Positions 25,601 to 37,244 of a stretch of DNA of 64,000 nt are shown here, one piece after another. Origin of the DNA: Sphaerodactylus townsendi (lineage: Eukaryota); the NCBI RefSeq assembly GCF_021028975.2, contig NC_059428.1:152148001-152212000 (forward strand), written 5' to 3'. Made by a program: the position numbers and the translations under genes. The number at the start of each line of letters is the position of its first letter. The first letter of the stretch is position 1. The notes beneath the pieces are model-generated. The model did no database searches. It was not told where the DNA came from and saw nothing but the letters and a program-made list of their open reading frames with translations.

Positions 25601-28600
25601 TTGTTTGGAGGACTGATAAATCCTCTTGGCAACATCCCACCCCTTCCAAAGGGATCCGCTATCCTAGCAGACCGAATGCGGGGAAATCCCTCATCATCAC
25701 CTTCATCTGTAGTTCATGCAGCTCAGCTTCCAGTCTGGCTTTATCTTCCCGCAGCCGGTTCAGCTCTTGAGAGGTGCTGGTCAACAGCTCAGCGTCCGTA
25801 ATGGCGAGGTGGTATTCTGGAGGGCCGGGGTCCATTTCATTACTGCCCAGCAATCGGATCTGTTCACGCTGCATCCTGTCACCAAACGGATAAATGAACT
25901 CACTGGCCTTTGAGTCCAAGAGGGGGGTGGTGGTACCCAGGACTTCTAACAAAACTATTTTGAATGAAGGAATAAATAATCTAGCCTCCAGTCGGGAGCG
26001 TTCCCTCTGACAGCACTTTGCTTGGAAGGGCGGATGGCTCACTTTTCTGTGGGTCTCAAAAAAAATAAGCTGTACTTGTGATTAATTTAGCCACCCAAGA
26101 ACCTTTGCCCTAATCTGGCTGAGATCTCCTCAGGTCTCAGAAGCCAAGCAGGGTTGGCACTGGTTAGTACTTGGCTAGGAGCTGACCAAGCAAGTCGAGG
26201 GATGCTACAAGGAGACAGGCAAGGACAAGCAATGCTGATTCTGCAAACTCGGCAGATCACAACAGGGAGGGCAGGAAGGCTAAATGGACAGTAGGATTGC
26301 TTCAGACAGCCAGAATTAGTTTGCTATTCAGATGCGAAAGCCGCTCTCCCCCAAAAGTTTCAGGCCCAGCCCTCCCCAGTTGCAGAGACCATCCCTTGCA
26401 GTCTCCCAAGATTGCCCCCTACCTGTATGCGATCAACAGGTTCTCGTGCGTCCTGACCAGGTTCTGCAGGCGCTTCTTGTAGCCCCGCGCGGCTCCAGCC
26501 AGTTGCTCCTCACGAGACCGATGGGAAGCCCGGATGTCCTTCAGCATGCTGTCCACAAAACGCTTCATATGAGCTGCTTCCGAGGGCACTTTACCAGCCC
26601 CTGCCTTCTCCACGGACTTATTATCGACGTATGCCTTGAAATATACAGGACAGCGTCATGTCAGCCCAAACTACGGATGAGGGGGGCACACTCTGTGTCC
26701 TGAGGAATACATGAATTTAAGATGCTGACCCAGAAGGGAGCTCTTATTTGTTTCCTCTGCAACCAAGGAAGTCTTGGTTGACTTGGGTGGGGGCAGAGGG
26801 CACCTTCAGCAGGTGGATCCCAAAAGGAAAATGCTCACCGCCAGATCTGCGATATACTGCACAAGCCGAGAGCGGTACTCTTCATTCAACTCCTTCAGCT
26901 GTGTTTGGAGCCGGGAATTCTCAGCCTCAACTTCTTGGAGCTGGCTTTGGGAGGTGAGGACAACCTGCAGCCCAAACAAAAAAGGGTGGGGTTAGCCCGG
27001 GAGATTATTGTGGCTGTCTGGAAGGGCAGCCACATTAGCTGGTCGGAGCAACGACAGATAGAAGTCTTGTCTTTGAAGTGCCACAAATGATGCCAACCTT
27101 GTCACTCAGGGCTGCCTTTCTGCACCCTCACTAGCTACTTCGCCCTTTTTTACAAACTAAACACCCCCTCAAGCCTTCCTTACCGCCGACTGTTCCGCCA
27201 ACTTGTGCTGCGTGTTCCGAATCGCTTTCTTGGCTTCCTGCAGCTCTTTGCCCATGACCACCCTGCCAACAGAAGAAACACTGTTGCTTAGAACTACACC
27301 CGTCATGCTGGTTGGTAAGCACAGAATACACCAAGACCTCAACGCTGGCATCCGTGTGATTTGATGCCAGCACTGCCCACCTCCCTCATAGCTGCATGCA
27401 ATTATAGGTTGCCAACTCTGGGCTAGGGATTCTGAGAGATCTCCGTGCCCACCTGGAGGCTGACAACTCTATTTACATAGCACAGAACATGAAGCCTTCT
27501 GGGAATCTCAGTTCCTCTCTTTAAGTTCTCTTGTTCCCATCTCTCATAGTTGCAGAAAAAAAGCTTACAGAGCAATGCTGCCTGACCTATTCTGGTCTGT
27601 TTAGTGATGCCCTCTCCCAGAAAAGTGTTCTTAGGATCACATTGTTAGAAGCCAAGTGGCAGTGTCTTCTGAAGGCCTCAAAACCCAAACATATAATAAG
27701 CCCAGCATTACACATTTATACTAGTTACACAGTTATTCTCTCATCCCAGTAAACTCTAGGAATTACAGCTCTAATGGAGAACACAGGAGAACACTAGAGA
27801 TCTCAGCACACTACCCAAGCCACACTTTCCAGGATTCTCTGGTACCTGGACCATACCATTAAAAGTGATACTTTAAAAACCCTCAGATTTGTAGCCCCTA
27901 AGTCACTAGCTGGCTCTCACATTCTCTCCTCCAGTTTCCGTTGCTGGGAACTGTACATTTCCTTCATCTTTTCCATCTCTGTGGTGATGTGATCCTGATT
28001 TCCAAACAGCTGTGGAGGAGGGGAAAAAAGCAGAGGATTTTTTTGCATCCTGCAAATGTCAGGAATGACCCCTGTGAGAAAATCACAGGGAAGCAAAAGA
28101 CTTCCTGCACCTAGGCCAGCTTGGGGCTATGGAAGCTTTCATACTCTTAACTTTCAGTGCTTGGCTGTGCCAAAGCATAGCCTGAGTCTCAGGAGCACTT
28201 AACTGCGTGACCTGCGCAAGCTATAGTCTCATGATGCCATGAAGAGAAACATACCAAAGCATACAGGAGCATGCATGAACAGTCCTGTTGGTTTGGGGTG
28301 GGAAAATGTCCTCCCAGCTTGGACCACTATTGCAGGGCACCATGTTGATTTCCCTCCTGTCACCCATTGACACCATGTCAGGGGCCCCACACTCACCGAT
28401 TTCTCCAGTTTCCGGCGTTCATGTTCCGAAGCAACCACATCTTCTGGCTGATAGCAGAAAAGCACAGAAGTCTGAGCATAGGAAAAGGACATTGCCTTCT
28501 ACTAAGTCAGGCCATTGGTCTGTCAAGATGGCAGGCTCATTCTCTGGGCGGTAAGCAAAACGGCTGGCAAATGGCAGGGCCGGTGCCAGAGGGTGAGGGC

Positions 28601-31600
28601 AAGGATTGGTAGCAAAAAGGGGGAGATGTAGAACTCTGCAACAGCCATTATTGAGAGGAAGCAGGCAAGTGAGTAAACTCGTGAGTGAGTTGTTCTCCTG
28701 GTTAAAATACTGACTCCCTGCTCTGCACTCTCACTAAACTATAGTCCCCCCAAAGCCCCATGGAAATAAAACCCAGATCCAATCTGTGTCAGCTGGCAAT
28801 TGGTCCCAAGAGTCATACCTTCACTTTGCGGGCAGAGAGACGGTGCACCAAAGCACGCACCCGTTCCAGTTCGGCAGAAGGCTCGGCGGGTTGGCCTTGG
28901 GTCTCGGGGCTGTTCAGCCCACGGGGATGAAAACTCCTTGCATTGGCCAGATTGAGTAACTCTAGGCTCAACTCTTCATTCTTGGTGACCTACAATACGC
29001 GACAGACGATAGAACAGGCTTGCCAGGGACCAGATGGATTCCGACCAGCAGCCTTAATTTTGACTGAACGCCAAGGCCAACAAGAGAAGGATAGAAGTCA
29101 GATGTCTTGGTCACTGCAGAAGGCCCCAGAGCTGGACAAGTCATGACTCTGATTTTCAAATTATGTTGGGACTGGGTGTAGGTCATGTAAGAGAAGAGCC
29201 AGGGGGAATGTTCATACCTCCTGTTCGTGCTCCTTGCTCAGTGCCAGATAGTTGCTCTTCAGAACCAGGTATTCATCCGCCAGCTCCTTACGATTCTCCT
29301 CTAAGGCACGCAGCCGTTCCCGCAAGGCATCCCGCTCCCCGGTGGTCTTCTCATCATGGAGTTCGACTTCCAAAACACGATTCTCCAAGGCCAGGATCTG
29401 GGAAAGTAAAAAATCAAATTCAGGGGGTGAGGGGCGAAATACTTCTAAATTGCAGCTGACCTTCAGACACACAGTAAAAATCTTCACGCTGTGGCAACAG
29501 CTGCTGCCAAAGCAACGTTTTTAAAAATCTGCACAGCCAATCCTGTCTCCAGTGATCAGTCAGGAACACTGCTGGGCAAAATCCTTCCTGATCACATTTT
29601 CCAAAAACACTTGATGAGTGCGAGGAAAGGTGTTGGCAGGGACCAGGGTGTGCATGGGTACCATGTTGGCGATCTATGATATAGCCTGTTAGCTAGTTAA
29701 AATTATAGCCGGTTTCTGCCTCTTTAATTGTTATGCTAAAGAATCCTGAGTCTTATGAGGCAAGGGAGGGATGCTCTGCCGGCCTTCCGAAGGTTCGTTG
29801 GGAAAAGGATATACCTGCTTCAAGTGAGTTGTGTGGATCCACCCAGTGTCTACTAGTGGGTACTTTGAAGGTGACAAAGTGAATCACGTATCGCATTATG
29901 GAATCTGCCCAAAGAGACCTACCATGTTCCTCAGCTCGAAACATTCTTCTTCGTATTGCTCTCTCATCTTATTGCTCTCAATCTGGAAATCAACCAGGTC
30001 CTTGGAAATCTACAGGAAGGCAAAATGTGGTTTTTCTTCTAATTTTGGACACAGAATCCTGAAGTATTAAATACTGCTAGCTTGTGATACTGTATTCCCC
30101 TCCCAACCCTTGCTCCTAAAACATGGCCTTATGTGGGATATTGATGTAAAAAGACAGTCTGGCCTACTTTGCAACGCTGTTGTAGGAATTACTAAAACAT
30201 TGACTGGCTGGCCTTTGGAGGAAATTTCTGGCTCCTTTACAGGATTTCTTATGCTTTATTTTATCATGCTTCTTTCACATTGGGGTGTTTATTTTGTGCC
30301 AATTATTGTAGATGGATTTCTGATAGTTTATTTACATGCACAGTTCCAGCTGTGAAAGCCCCCCTGAGTTCCCAGTGGGAAGAAAGGTAGGGTACATTTT
30401 CTATAAATAAAATAATCATCGCTTATATAAGTATTCTGGACCCCTCCTCAACCAGACAGATTGTTCCCAGAATAGATTACAACAATCAAACCAGCAAAGT
30501 CAAAGGCCGTTTCTGCACGGCCAGGAGGCGCCCCCAAGCCGGCAGGAGTTCTGCCGGCCTGGGGGCGGGAGCCTGCGAAGGGGAGGCCGGCAGACGGCAG
30601 ACGGCTCCGCACGGAGCCGCCTCTGCGCCCTCCCCCGCCCCACATCACGGTGTAGCCTCCTGCCGTCAGCCTGCGAGGTGGTCGCCGAGTCCCCGCCCAT
30701 GCTAGCCCTCCCGACCCCTGGAGGAGTCGGAGGACAGTGTGGGGCGGGGCTGTGAAGCTCTGCCCGCAGGCTTAATGCAGGAGGACTACAGTGAGTGGGG
30801 CGGAGATCGGAGACATGCGTCTTCCCGGCGAAGCCCGGTTCGGGTGACCGGCGCCCTTGAGGGAAGACGCTCCCTCCCCAACAACAACCCCTTTAAAGGG
30901 TTGTTGTTTGAAGCTGACAGCCCTGCAGAAGCAGGAGGAAAGCGCATTGACGCTCTGGGAGTGGAAGCGCATTTGTCGCCGCTGCTGCTGCCAGGCCAAA
31001 GCGCTGCTGCGTTACGCTTAGCGGCCACCTCTTGGCGGCCTGGGGGCGCCTTTTTTGGCGCCCCCAGGCCGTCATTAATGGGCCGTGCAGAAACGGCCAG
31101 TGTCTCATTTAAAATGGTGAAACAAAGAACAGTAGAGTAAGCTTCATGCAACAGGAATAAACATATATAAACATATGAAACCAGCAATTTAAACCATAAA
31201 GAAAGGAGACATAAAAGTGTAAACAGACAAGAGTCTTTCCTAACATTTTGTAGAACCCAGCAACAGTTTGTGACTGAGGGCCACCATTTAGTGACTGGTT
31301 CTGCCTCTGTGGCAGCTGTTTTCAGCTGAGACTGGCATTGGGAAGGTCTCCAAGGGGAGACAGTTCCGAAGCGGGGAAGCCACTATGGAAAAGGCCCTGC
31401 TCATTGCTGTCATTCTCATCCCTTTTTTAAAAGGAGGAAGACACAATAGTATCTTGGCTGATTATCTTATTGGGGAGCGTGGGGATAAAATATTGTAGAA
31501 GGTCATATGCTCATCTCCACATGTGCCGCTTGTGTCTCTCACCTTCAGTTTCTCCTCTTCGCTGTGGATCAGCCTTGATGACAAGGCAGTCTTTGATCCA

Positions 31601-32658
31601 GCCAGCTGCCCTGTCTTCTCCTGCAGCTCTCCGAGTTGGGCATACAGCCTCTCATTACGGTCTTGCAGTTGAACCTGCCAGTGGGGATCAACAAACGCAT
31701 TCAGCATATCCAACACCACTACCCTTTCACTGCAGCTAGAAGCTGCAGCATCACTAAAGGGGGCAAATGTAAGTGGTTAGAGTACCGGACAAGATGAAGT
31801 GGGAGACATTAAAAACCTTTCATGGATGAAAGCTGGGTAGGTGACCATGGGTCACGTGTTCTCTTTCAGCCTCACCTACCTCACAGGACTGTTGTGAGGG
31901 TAAACTCAGGAAGGGAGAATCATGTTTCTCCACCCGAGTTTCTCGGAGGAAGGGTGGGATAAAAAGGAAACAGATGGACATAAAAGAGCCGATAGGGCCT
32001 GCTCAGAGCCAGCATGGGCTTTGAGCGAAGCTTTGACTTGGACATCATATGAAAACAAACCTTATCACTTGCTCTTAGCATTCTCTCCATGTGCACTGTA
32101 CATTCGATGTTTAAAAAATCCCATCATTTATATTTCCTTAAAATAGTTTGGGGGTTGCTGCTGCCGCCGCCTTTTATTCTTACAGCAGCCCAGGGAGGTA
32201 GGGAGGTTGATACATTAACTATCCCAAAATTTCCTTCTCCTTGCCGCATTTATGGCAGGTTGACATATTAATTGTCCCAAAGTTTCCTTCCCCTTGCTGC
32301 ATTTATGGCAGAACAACAGCAATGCCTTGTGGGACAATCATCCTCTCTATATTGGGCATCCCACTATGAGATACCCGTAAATGGAAGGGCAGCCTATAAA
32401 CGAAATACATAAAATGAAACGAAACACCTAATATTCCCCCTTTTACACGGCCACGACTGTGTACTAGCTTGTAAAGTGGTTGTATGAACAGATACCGGTT
32501 TCGGAAGAAATGCCACTTTTCTGTGGCTCTCAGAACTCAGGTACTTCTGCCAGGAAAGCAAATTTTCACAGGGCACTTACATTTTCATTGGTGAGAAGCT
32601 GGACCTGTTCTCGGAAGGCACTGACAGCATTGGTCCCAGAAGTATTTCTAGACTCCAT
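19687..32658 (-). CDS. CCDC78: Coiled-coil domain-containing protein 78, 571 aa; exons high to low: 32658-32581, 31674-31543, 30009-29923, 29397-29218, 28989-28819, 28447-28397, 28009-27921, 27262-27184, 26964-26839, 26634-26423, 25875-25701, 24767-24727, 22120-22054, 20806-20706, 19813-19687
   Basis: Fifteen exons with GT-AG boundaries and matching phases give 1716 nt with no internal stop. Recognisable segments: SEEEKLK|ISKDLVDFQI...FELRNM|ILALENRVLEVEL, EAENSRLQTQLKELNEEY, DIRASHRSREEQLAGAARGYKKRL...LLIAYR, SWAELRKQLREFT, AEEQVAELHEYVDKHL. It lies tail-to-tail with ANTKMT, as in human. The start ATG at 32658 is less certain than the internal exons. Confidence 0.92.
20938..21230 (-). mobile_element. 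Squam3-like CORE SINE
   Basis: Reverse-complement full-length copy. Confidence 0.85.
22794..22929. mobile_element. hAT MITE
   Basis: TIR CAGTGGTGGGATTCA / TGAATCTCACCACTG; perfect 8-bp TSD cctgtgcc; right end internally duplicated. Confidence 0.9.
23984..24280 (+). mobile_element. Squam3-like CORE SINE
   Basis: Full-length copy. Confidence 0.85.
25139..25279. mobile_element. Harbinger-like palindromic MITE
   Basis: GGCCCCTTCC...GGAAGGGGCC long TIRs; 3-bp TSD TGA; same family as 9651-9791. Confidence 0.88.
30505..31098. mobile_element. GC/CpG-rich Harbinger-like non-autonomous transposon in a CCDC78 intron
   Basis: Perfect 18-bp TIR GGCCGTTTCTGCACGGCC / GGCCGTGCAGAAACGGCC bounds the GC-rich tract exactly; no clean TSD. 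Confidence 0.75.
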
Positions 32659-33944
32659 CGGTTCCGAAGAGGAGCAGGTGGGTGGTACTAGAAGATTTGT
32701 ATGGCTTCTGGTCAGCTGTGGTGGAAAAGCTACACAGAATCCAGAGGGCTGTATCTGGCAGAGGCTGCTCTTCCAGGCATTGCACAATCTGGGTTGCTAT
32801 AAACTCAGGTTGCTAACAGGCGTGCCTTCCACCTTGTGGACAAGGTGGAATAAGGCAGCAGTTTGCCCCAGGAAGTACTTCAAAGAATAGGGGCCTGGGT
32901 TTTTTCCTCCCACTTGCCATGATGGGCATGAAAGGAGACCCATAATATTTCATAAAAGTGGAAAGTGGGAGGGACACAACCACCCTGAGTTTAAGATTTT
33001 GAAGGGCAATGTGTCACAAATGGAATGGGGTTTCCTGGACCAAAACATACTCCCAAACTGCCAGAGCTTCATTTCATCATGAAATTCTGATGTTTTCATG
33101 CAGCTGCTTTTGATCAAGAGAAAGGGGGGGGGGTATAAATCAGAGCTCCTCTTCTTCTTTTGAAAACATCTAAGCCAGTGGCCATCACGGTATCCTATAC
33201 ATATACACATGAAGCTGCCTTAGGTCTATCAAGGTTCACCATTGGACTATCAAGGTCCACCACTGGACTATCAAGGCCAGTATTGTCCACTCAGACTGGC
33301 AGCTGCTCCCCAGGGGCTCAGGCAGAGAGAGGTCTTTCATATCACCTAACTGGAATTAGCAGGGATTGAACCTGGGACCTTCTGCGTGCCAAGCAAATAT
33401 TCTACCAGAGCCACAGCCCCTCCCCACTAACCCTAAAGGGTACTCCTAGGAGATAGCAGAAAACAGTTCGGCGGGTTAGTGCCATCAGTCCCTTTGTAGT
33501 CATCCCCAAGAGAGCAAACTCTTTCCCATAGGATCAAGAGTTGCCAAGGGAGACATTAAATTGAGGCCACTGAATGAGCAATGACTAGAACTGGTGGATA
33601 TGCATTGTTTGAAAGTAAGGGCAAGTATGTTATTAATGGTACTTGTATCAATGCAATGATAGGCAATTTCTGATTAACTAGGTATCCATGCAACAGCCTC
33701 TCAAGATCTTGGCACTGGATTCTGTGACAACGAGTTCCATAAGGAAATTCTGCATTGTCGGGACAAAGCATAACTTTAGAAATGTCTAGCAATCAGGAGA
33801 TTTGGGGTGCCTTTAAGGATAGCAGAATTGGTTGCTAGCAGACCTGAGCCAGGGGTAGAGAGAGAGAGTGAACTTTTTGTCATGCTGATTTTCTTTACAT
33901 GGGACTTGGTTACTGTTTTATTATTCACTGAACTTAATTTATAC

Positions 33945-34100
33945 CTCGTCTTTCTCACTGAGACTCGAAGCAGATTACAAAATATTTGTGTGTTTTTTTA
34001 ACATCCAATAAAAAATGCCCTAGAGCTAGGATGACATAGTTAGGCAACAGCGCAAGCTGAATACTGTCTCAAGGCATGATACATTGTCAACAAAATAGTG
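33945..34100 (-). promoter_or_regulatory. Candidate CCDC78 promoter and non-coding first exon
   Basis: RFX half-site GTTAGGCAAC at 34039-34048, FOX-type GTCAACAAA at 34086-34094 and CCAAT at 34005. Minus-strand donor GAG|GTATAA at 33945; acceptor at 32688 just upstream of the CCDC78 ATG. Confidence 0.35.
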
Positions 34101-36064
34101 CTATGAAATATGCCGCATCATGTCAAAAGTTTAATTGAAATGGCCCAGTTCATTTTTTAAAATCTTTGGCTCTCAGCCACTTGCAGAAACCAGACCTATG
34201 GGATGTGCCCTCAATTAAACCAGAGCTTTTGGCAACAAACAGGTTTGGGAAGCCCTGGGATCTTTCTTAATCTGGTGAGATTTTGGAAGCTTGGCCCTGG
34301 ATAGTACTCGAATGGGAAACCACAGAGGAATATGCAGAGGCAGGCAAGGTCATCCCGCCTCTATTTATCCCTTGCCTCGAAAACCCTATGGGACTCTGCA
34401 CAAATTGGCTGAGACTTAATGGCAGTTTCCCCCACCATGAGGTACCGAGTTCTATTCTACTACCGAACACACGAGGGCAGCAGCAACATGCTTGTCTGTA
34501 AAGAGCCACTGGCCGTCTGCAATAGAACCAATTCACCCAAGGGAAAAGGTGAACAGTGCTAATGGTGCATCATAGGTGAATACAATGCTGTGAATTTTAA
34601 TTATGTTTTTATGAGTCGTGAACCGTGTATGAATGCGTTGTTAAACTGCCCTGAGCCCATCAGCGGAAACGTGACCTATAAATTAAATTATAAATCATAA
34701 TTTTAAAATGTATTTCCTGTCTCTTCCTCTCATCATTCATGATGCTGATTGGCAGCAGATTCAGGAGCAGGAAAAGAAAGAGGCTCCATCATGGCACGCA
34801 TGACTAACCTGTGGAACTTCCAGCCACAGAATGCAGTGGCAGCCCCCAGCTCAGGAGATTTCATTTAGTTGGAAAGGACTTTAGAGGCCATCTAGCCCCA
34901 TCCCCTGATGAATGCAGGAAATCCAAAGCTAGAACATTTTCAATAGTCCAGCTTCTGTTTGAGAGCCCCACCACACTCCTAGGTGATTTGGCCGAATTCA
35001 AAAAAAGGTTCCCTAGTGGAAAGAGATCTCTGCCTGCCAAAGATTTATTGATTTGGGGGAGGGGGATAAAAGTGTATCTATAATTTTTTAAAACATCTGA
35101 ACAGATCCTAAGGGACAGCTGCCACAGCAGACGAGATGGGACTTTCAGAAGATTTATCATCTCGCCTCGTCTTAGCGCCAGGGATTTTGCCTGCCAAAAG
35201 ATTTATCGATTCAGCATCCTCGAGGGCAGGACAGAAGATAGGGCTTGCTTTTCCTGCCGATAAGAGCGTTTCTGTGCCAGAGGAGAGGTTTACTTTGCAG
35301 AAGACAAATGACTTTGCTGATTGGGCTTCTCCTGCTGTAAGATCCAAGACATTCCAGCCATTGATACCTTCCCCTTCTGCACACAAACACCCTCTTTCCC
35401 TGGCGTCGCCTGGTTTTCCATATCTTGTGGGGAACGGAGAAGGGCTCTCATCCAGGGTCAGTAATCCTCACCACAGCCTTGTAATGCAGGCCAGTAATAC
35501 GGTCTAAGGGACGCCCGCCAAACCCTCCAAGTAAAGCAGCATGGCTGGATCAGGAGCAGGGAGCAGGGAGAAGGGAGGGGTGGACAGGACAGGACGGGAC
35601 AGCTGCGATTTGGGAGTTGCAAAAGTCGCAAGTGGGTGCTGGTGGCCAGAGTTCTTGTAATGAAGCCAAAACACTTTTTGAGTAAAAGAGGATGATTTAA
35701 TTTTCACTTCGTGTGTAGGGTGTGAGCTGTACCACCAAGAGGCTGCTTGAAGGAACCAGGCCCACGCTTACCATTTGAGGCCCGCTCTCCAGTGCATCAG
35801 AACCTGCAGGACCCACCCCGTCTATTGAATTGAGGACTTCTTCAGATTGCAAGCACCAGCTTGGGAAATTCCTGGGGATTTGGGGGCAGAGTCTGGGGAC
35901 AGCAGATTTCAGGGTGAAGGAAAGAGCTCAGCAGGAATGTAATGCAACAGAGACTGTCTACCAAAGCTGCTGTTTCCTCCTGGGAACCTGATCTCTTTTG
36001 ATCGGTTGTAGTCCCAGGACCTCTCCAGGACTCTCCTGGAGGTTGGCAACCCAAGGCAGGCTGG

Positions 36065-36135
36065 GTGAGTGAGTGAGTGAGTGAGTGAGTGAGTGAGTGA
36101 GTGAGTGAGTGAGTGAGTGAGTGAGTGAGTGAGTG
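36065..36135. repeat. (GAGT)n microsatellite downstream of the PERCC1 stop
   Basis: Read directly; about 17 units. Confidence 0.95.
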
Positions 36136-36389
36136 GGGGCAGAGCATCTTGACCTGTCAATTGCAATGTCTGAAATGAAACATTTTACAGAACCAACATG
36201 AAATATTTCATAGAACCGTGTTTCAGGTACATGGTTCTCCCTGCTCTTTTTCATCCTCACAACAACCCTGTGAGGTAGGTCATGCCAAGAGTTAGCGTAT
36301 GGGCTCCAGGGATTTTGGGGCAGAAAGGGGATTTGAACTGGGTCTGCCCCGTCCCTCCTTAACACTCCACTTTAAGCACTGTCAAACCT

Positions 36390-37244
36390 TCATACACCAC
36401 TGAAATGGTCTGTGTCCACTGCTCGTTGGTGAATGTCGCTCGCAAGCTCTCGGCTGGCTAGGAGTTCCTCCTGACTGGTTTCTGATGTCCAGTTGGCCAG
36501 AAGGTCGCTGAAATCTGGTGGGTTGCTATTGAGGATACCTATGGGGCTGTGAGATGGCTCTTTCCAAAAGGATTGGGGAAGCTTCCTGCTTTGCATGGAG
36601 GTGACGTGGGCATACTTCCTTTCCACCCGCGAGTTCCTGCCTTCGGAGGAGGCGCAATGCTCCATGTACCTGCACAAGCCGTATTCAAAGAGCTCAGCCA
36701 GAGGTCCCAGCTTCCCTGCCCCATCTTTGCCGCAGAGGCACCTCCACAGTGGCGAATCCAGTTGCGCCAGGGTCTTCGGAGCACCTGAAAAGTCATCCCC
36801 TTCCTCCGGCTCCCCGCTCTGAGAAATCCTGACCAAGTCCGCATAGTACAAGACCCGTCCTGACAGCCGCGGGGAGCCATGGTTGTCATAGATGTTGGGA
36901 AGCTCCCCGTCTTCATCTTTGCCCTTCCTGCCAAAATACCTCTGGATGTCACCATTGATGCGTTCTGCGAACTGGAGGAGCTGCAGTGTCATGTTGACGT
37001 TGCTCAAGCTGGGCTCATCTGAGTCCACCCATTCCCCTTGACCTGGACTGAGGCTTTGAGGACTGTCTTCCAACGCCATCTCTTCTCTTTCCTCTTCTTC
37101 TTCTTCCTCATCCCCCTCCATTTCTTCCTCCTCAGATGAATCTTGGAAAACCATCTCCTGGAAGGCCATGGCAGGCAGGAATGAATGCTGGAAGGCTGCA
37201 GGCAGCCGAAATTTGCTCAGGTTCTGTATGACGCTGGCTGCCAT
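36390..37244 (-). CDS. PERCC1: Proline and glutamate rich with coiled coil 1 (FAM181/YAP-like TEAD co-regulator), 284 aa, single coding exon
   Basis: Intact 855-nt ORF. It starts MAASVI, has a poly-Glu tract, and contains LQLLQFAERINGDIQRYFGRK, LYYADLVR, LGPLAELFEYGL, ERKYAHVT-MQSRKLPQSFWKEP and PDFSDLLANW, matching PERCC1 motifs as I recall them. A splice acceptor (tttagtttag) ends at 37266, 21 nt before the ATG. Confidence 0.95.
   Translation of the reverse strand: MAASVIQNLSKFRLPAAFQHSFLPAMAFQEMVFQDSSEEEEMEGDEEEEEEEREEMALEDSPQSLSPGQGEWVDSDEPSLSNVNMTLQLLQFAERINGDIQRYFGRKGKDEDGELPNIYDNHGSPRLSGRVLYYADLVRISQSGEPEEGDDFSGAPKTLAQLDSPLWRCLCGKDGAGKLGPLAELFEYGLCRYMEHCASSEGRNSRVERKYAHVTSMQSRKLPQSFWKEPSHSPIGILNSNPPDFSDLLANWTSETSQEELLASRELASDIHQRAVDTDHFSGV

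Noticed and set aside
30448-31187. Cluster of GC-rich ORFs and a possible extra gene inside CCDC78
   Set aside because: The ORFs reflect low stop frequency in a GC-rich, TIR-bounded element; no recognisable protein.
35842-36365. ORFs with (THSL)n repeats
   Set aside because: Translation of the (GAGT)n microsatellite.
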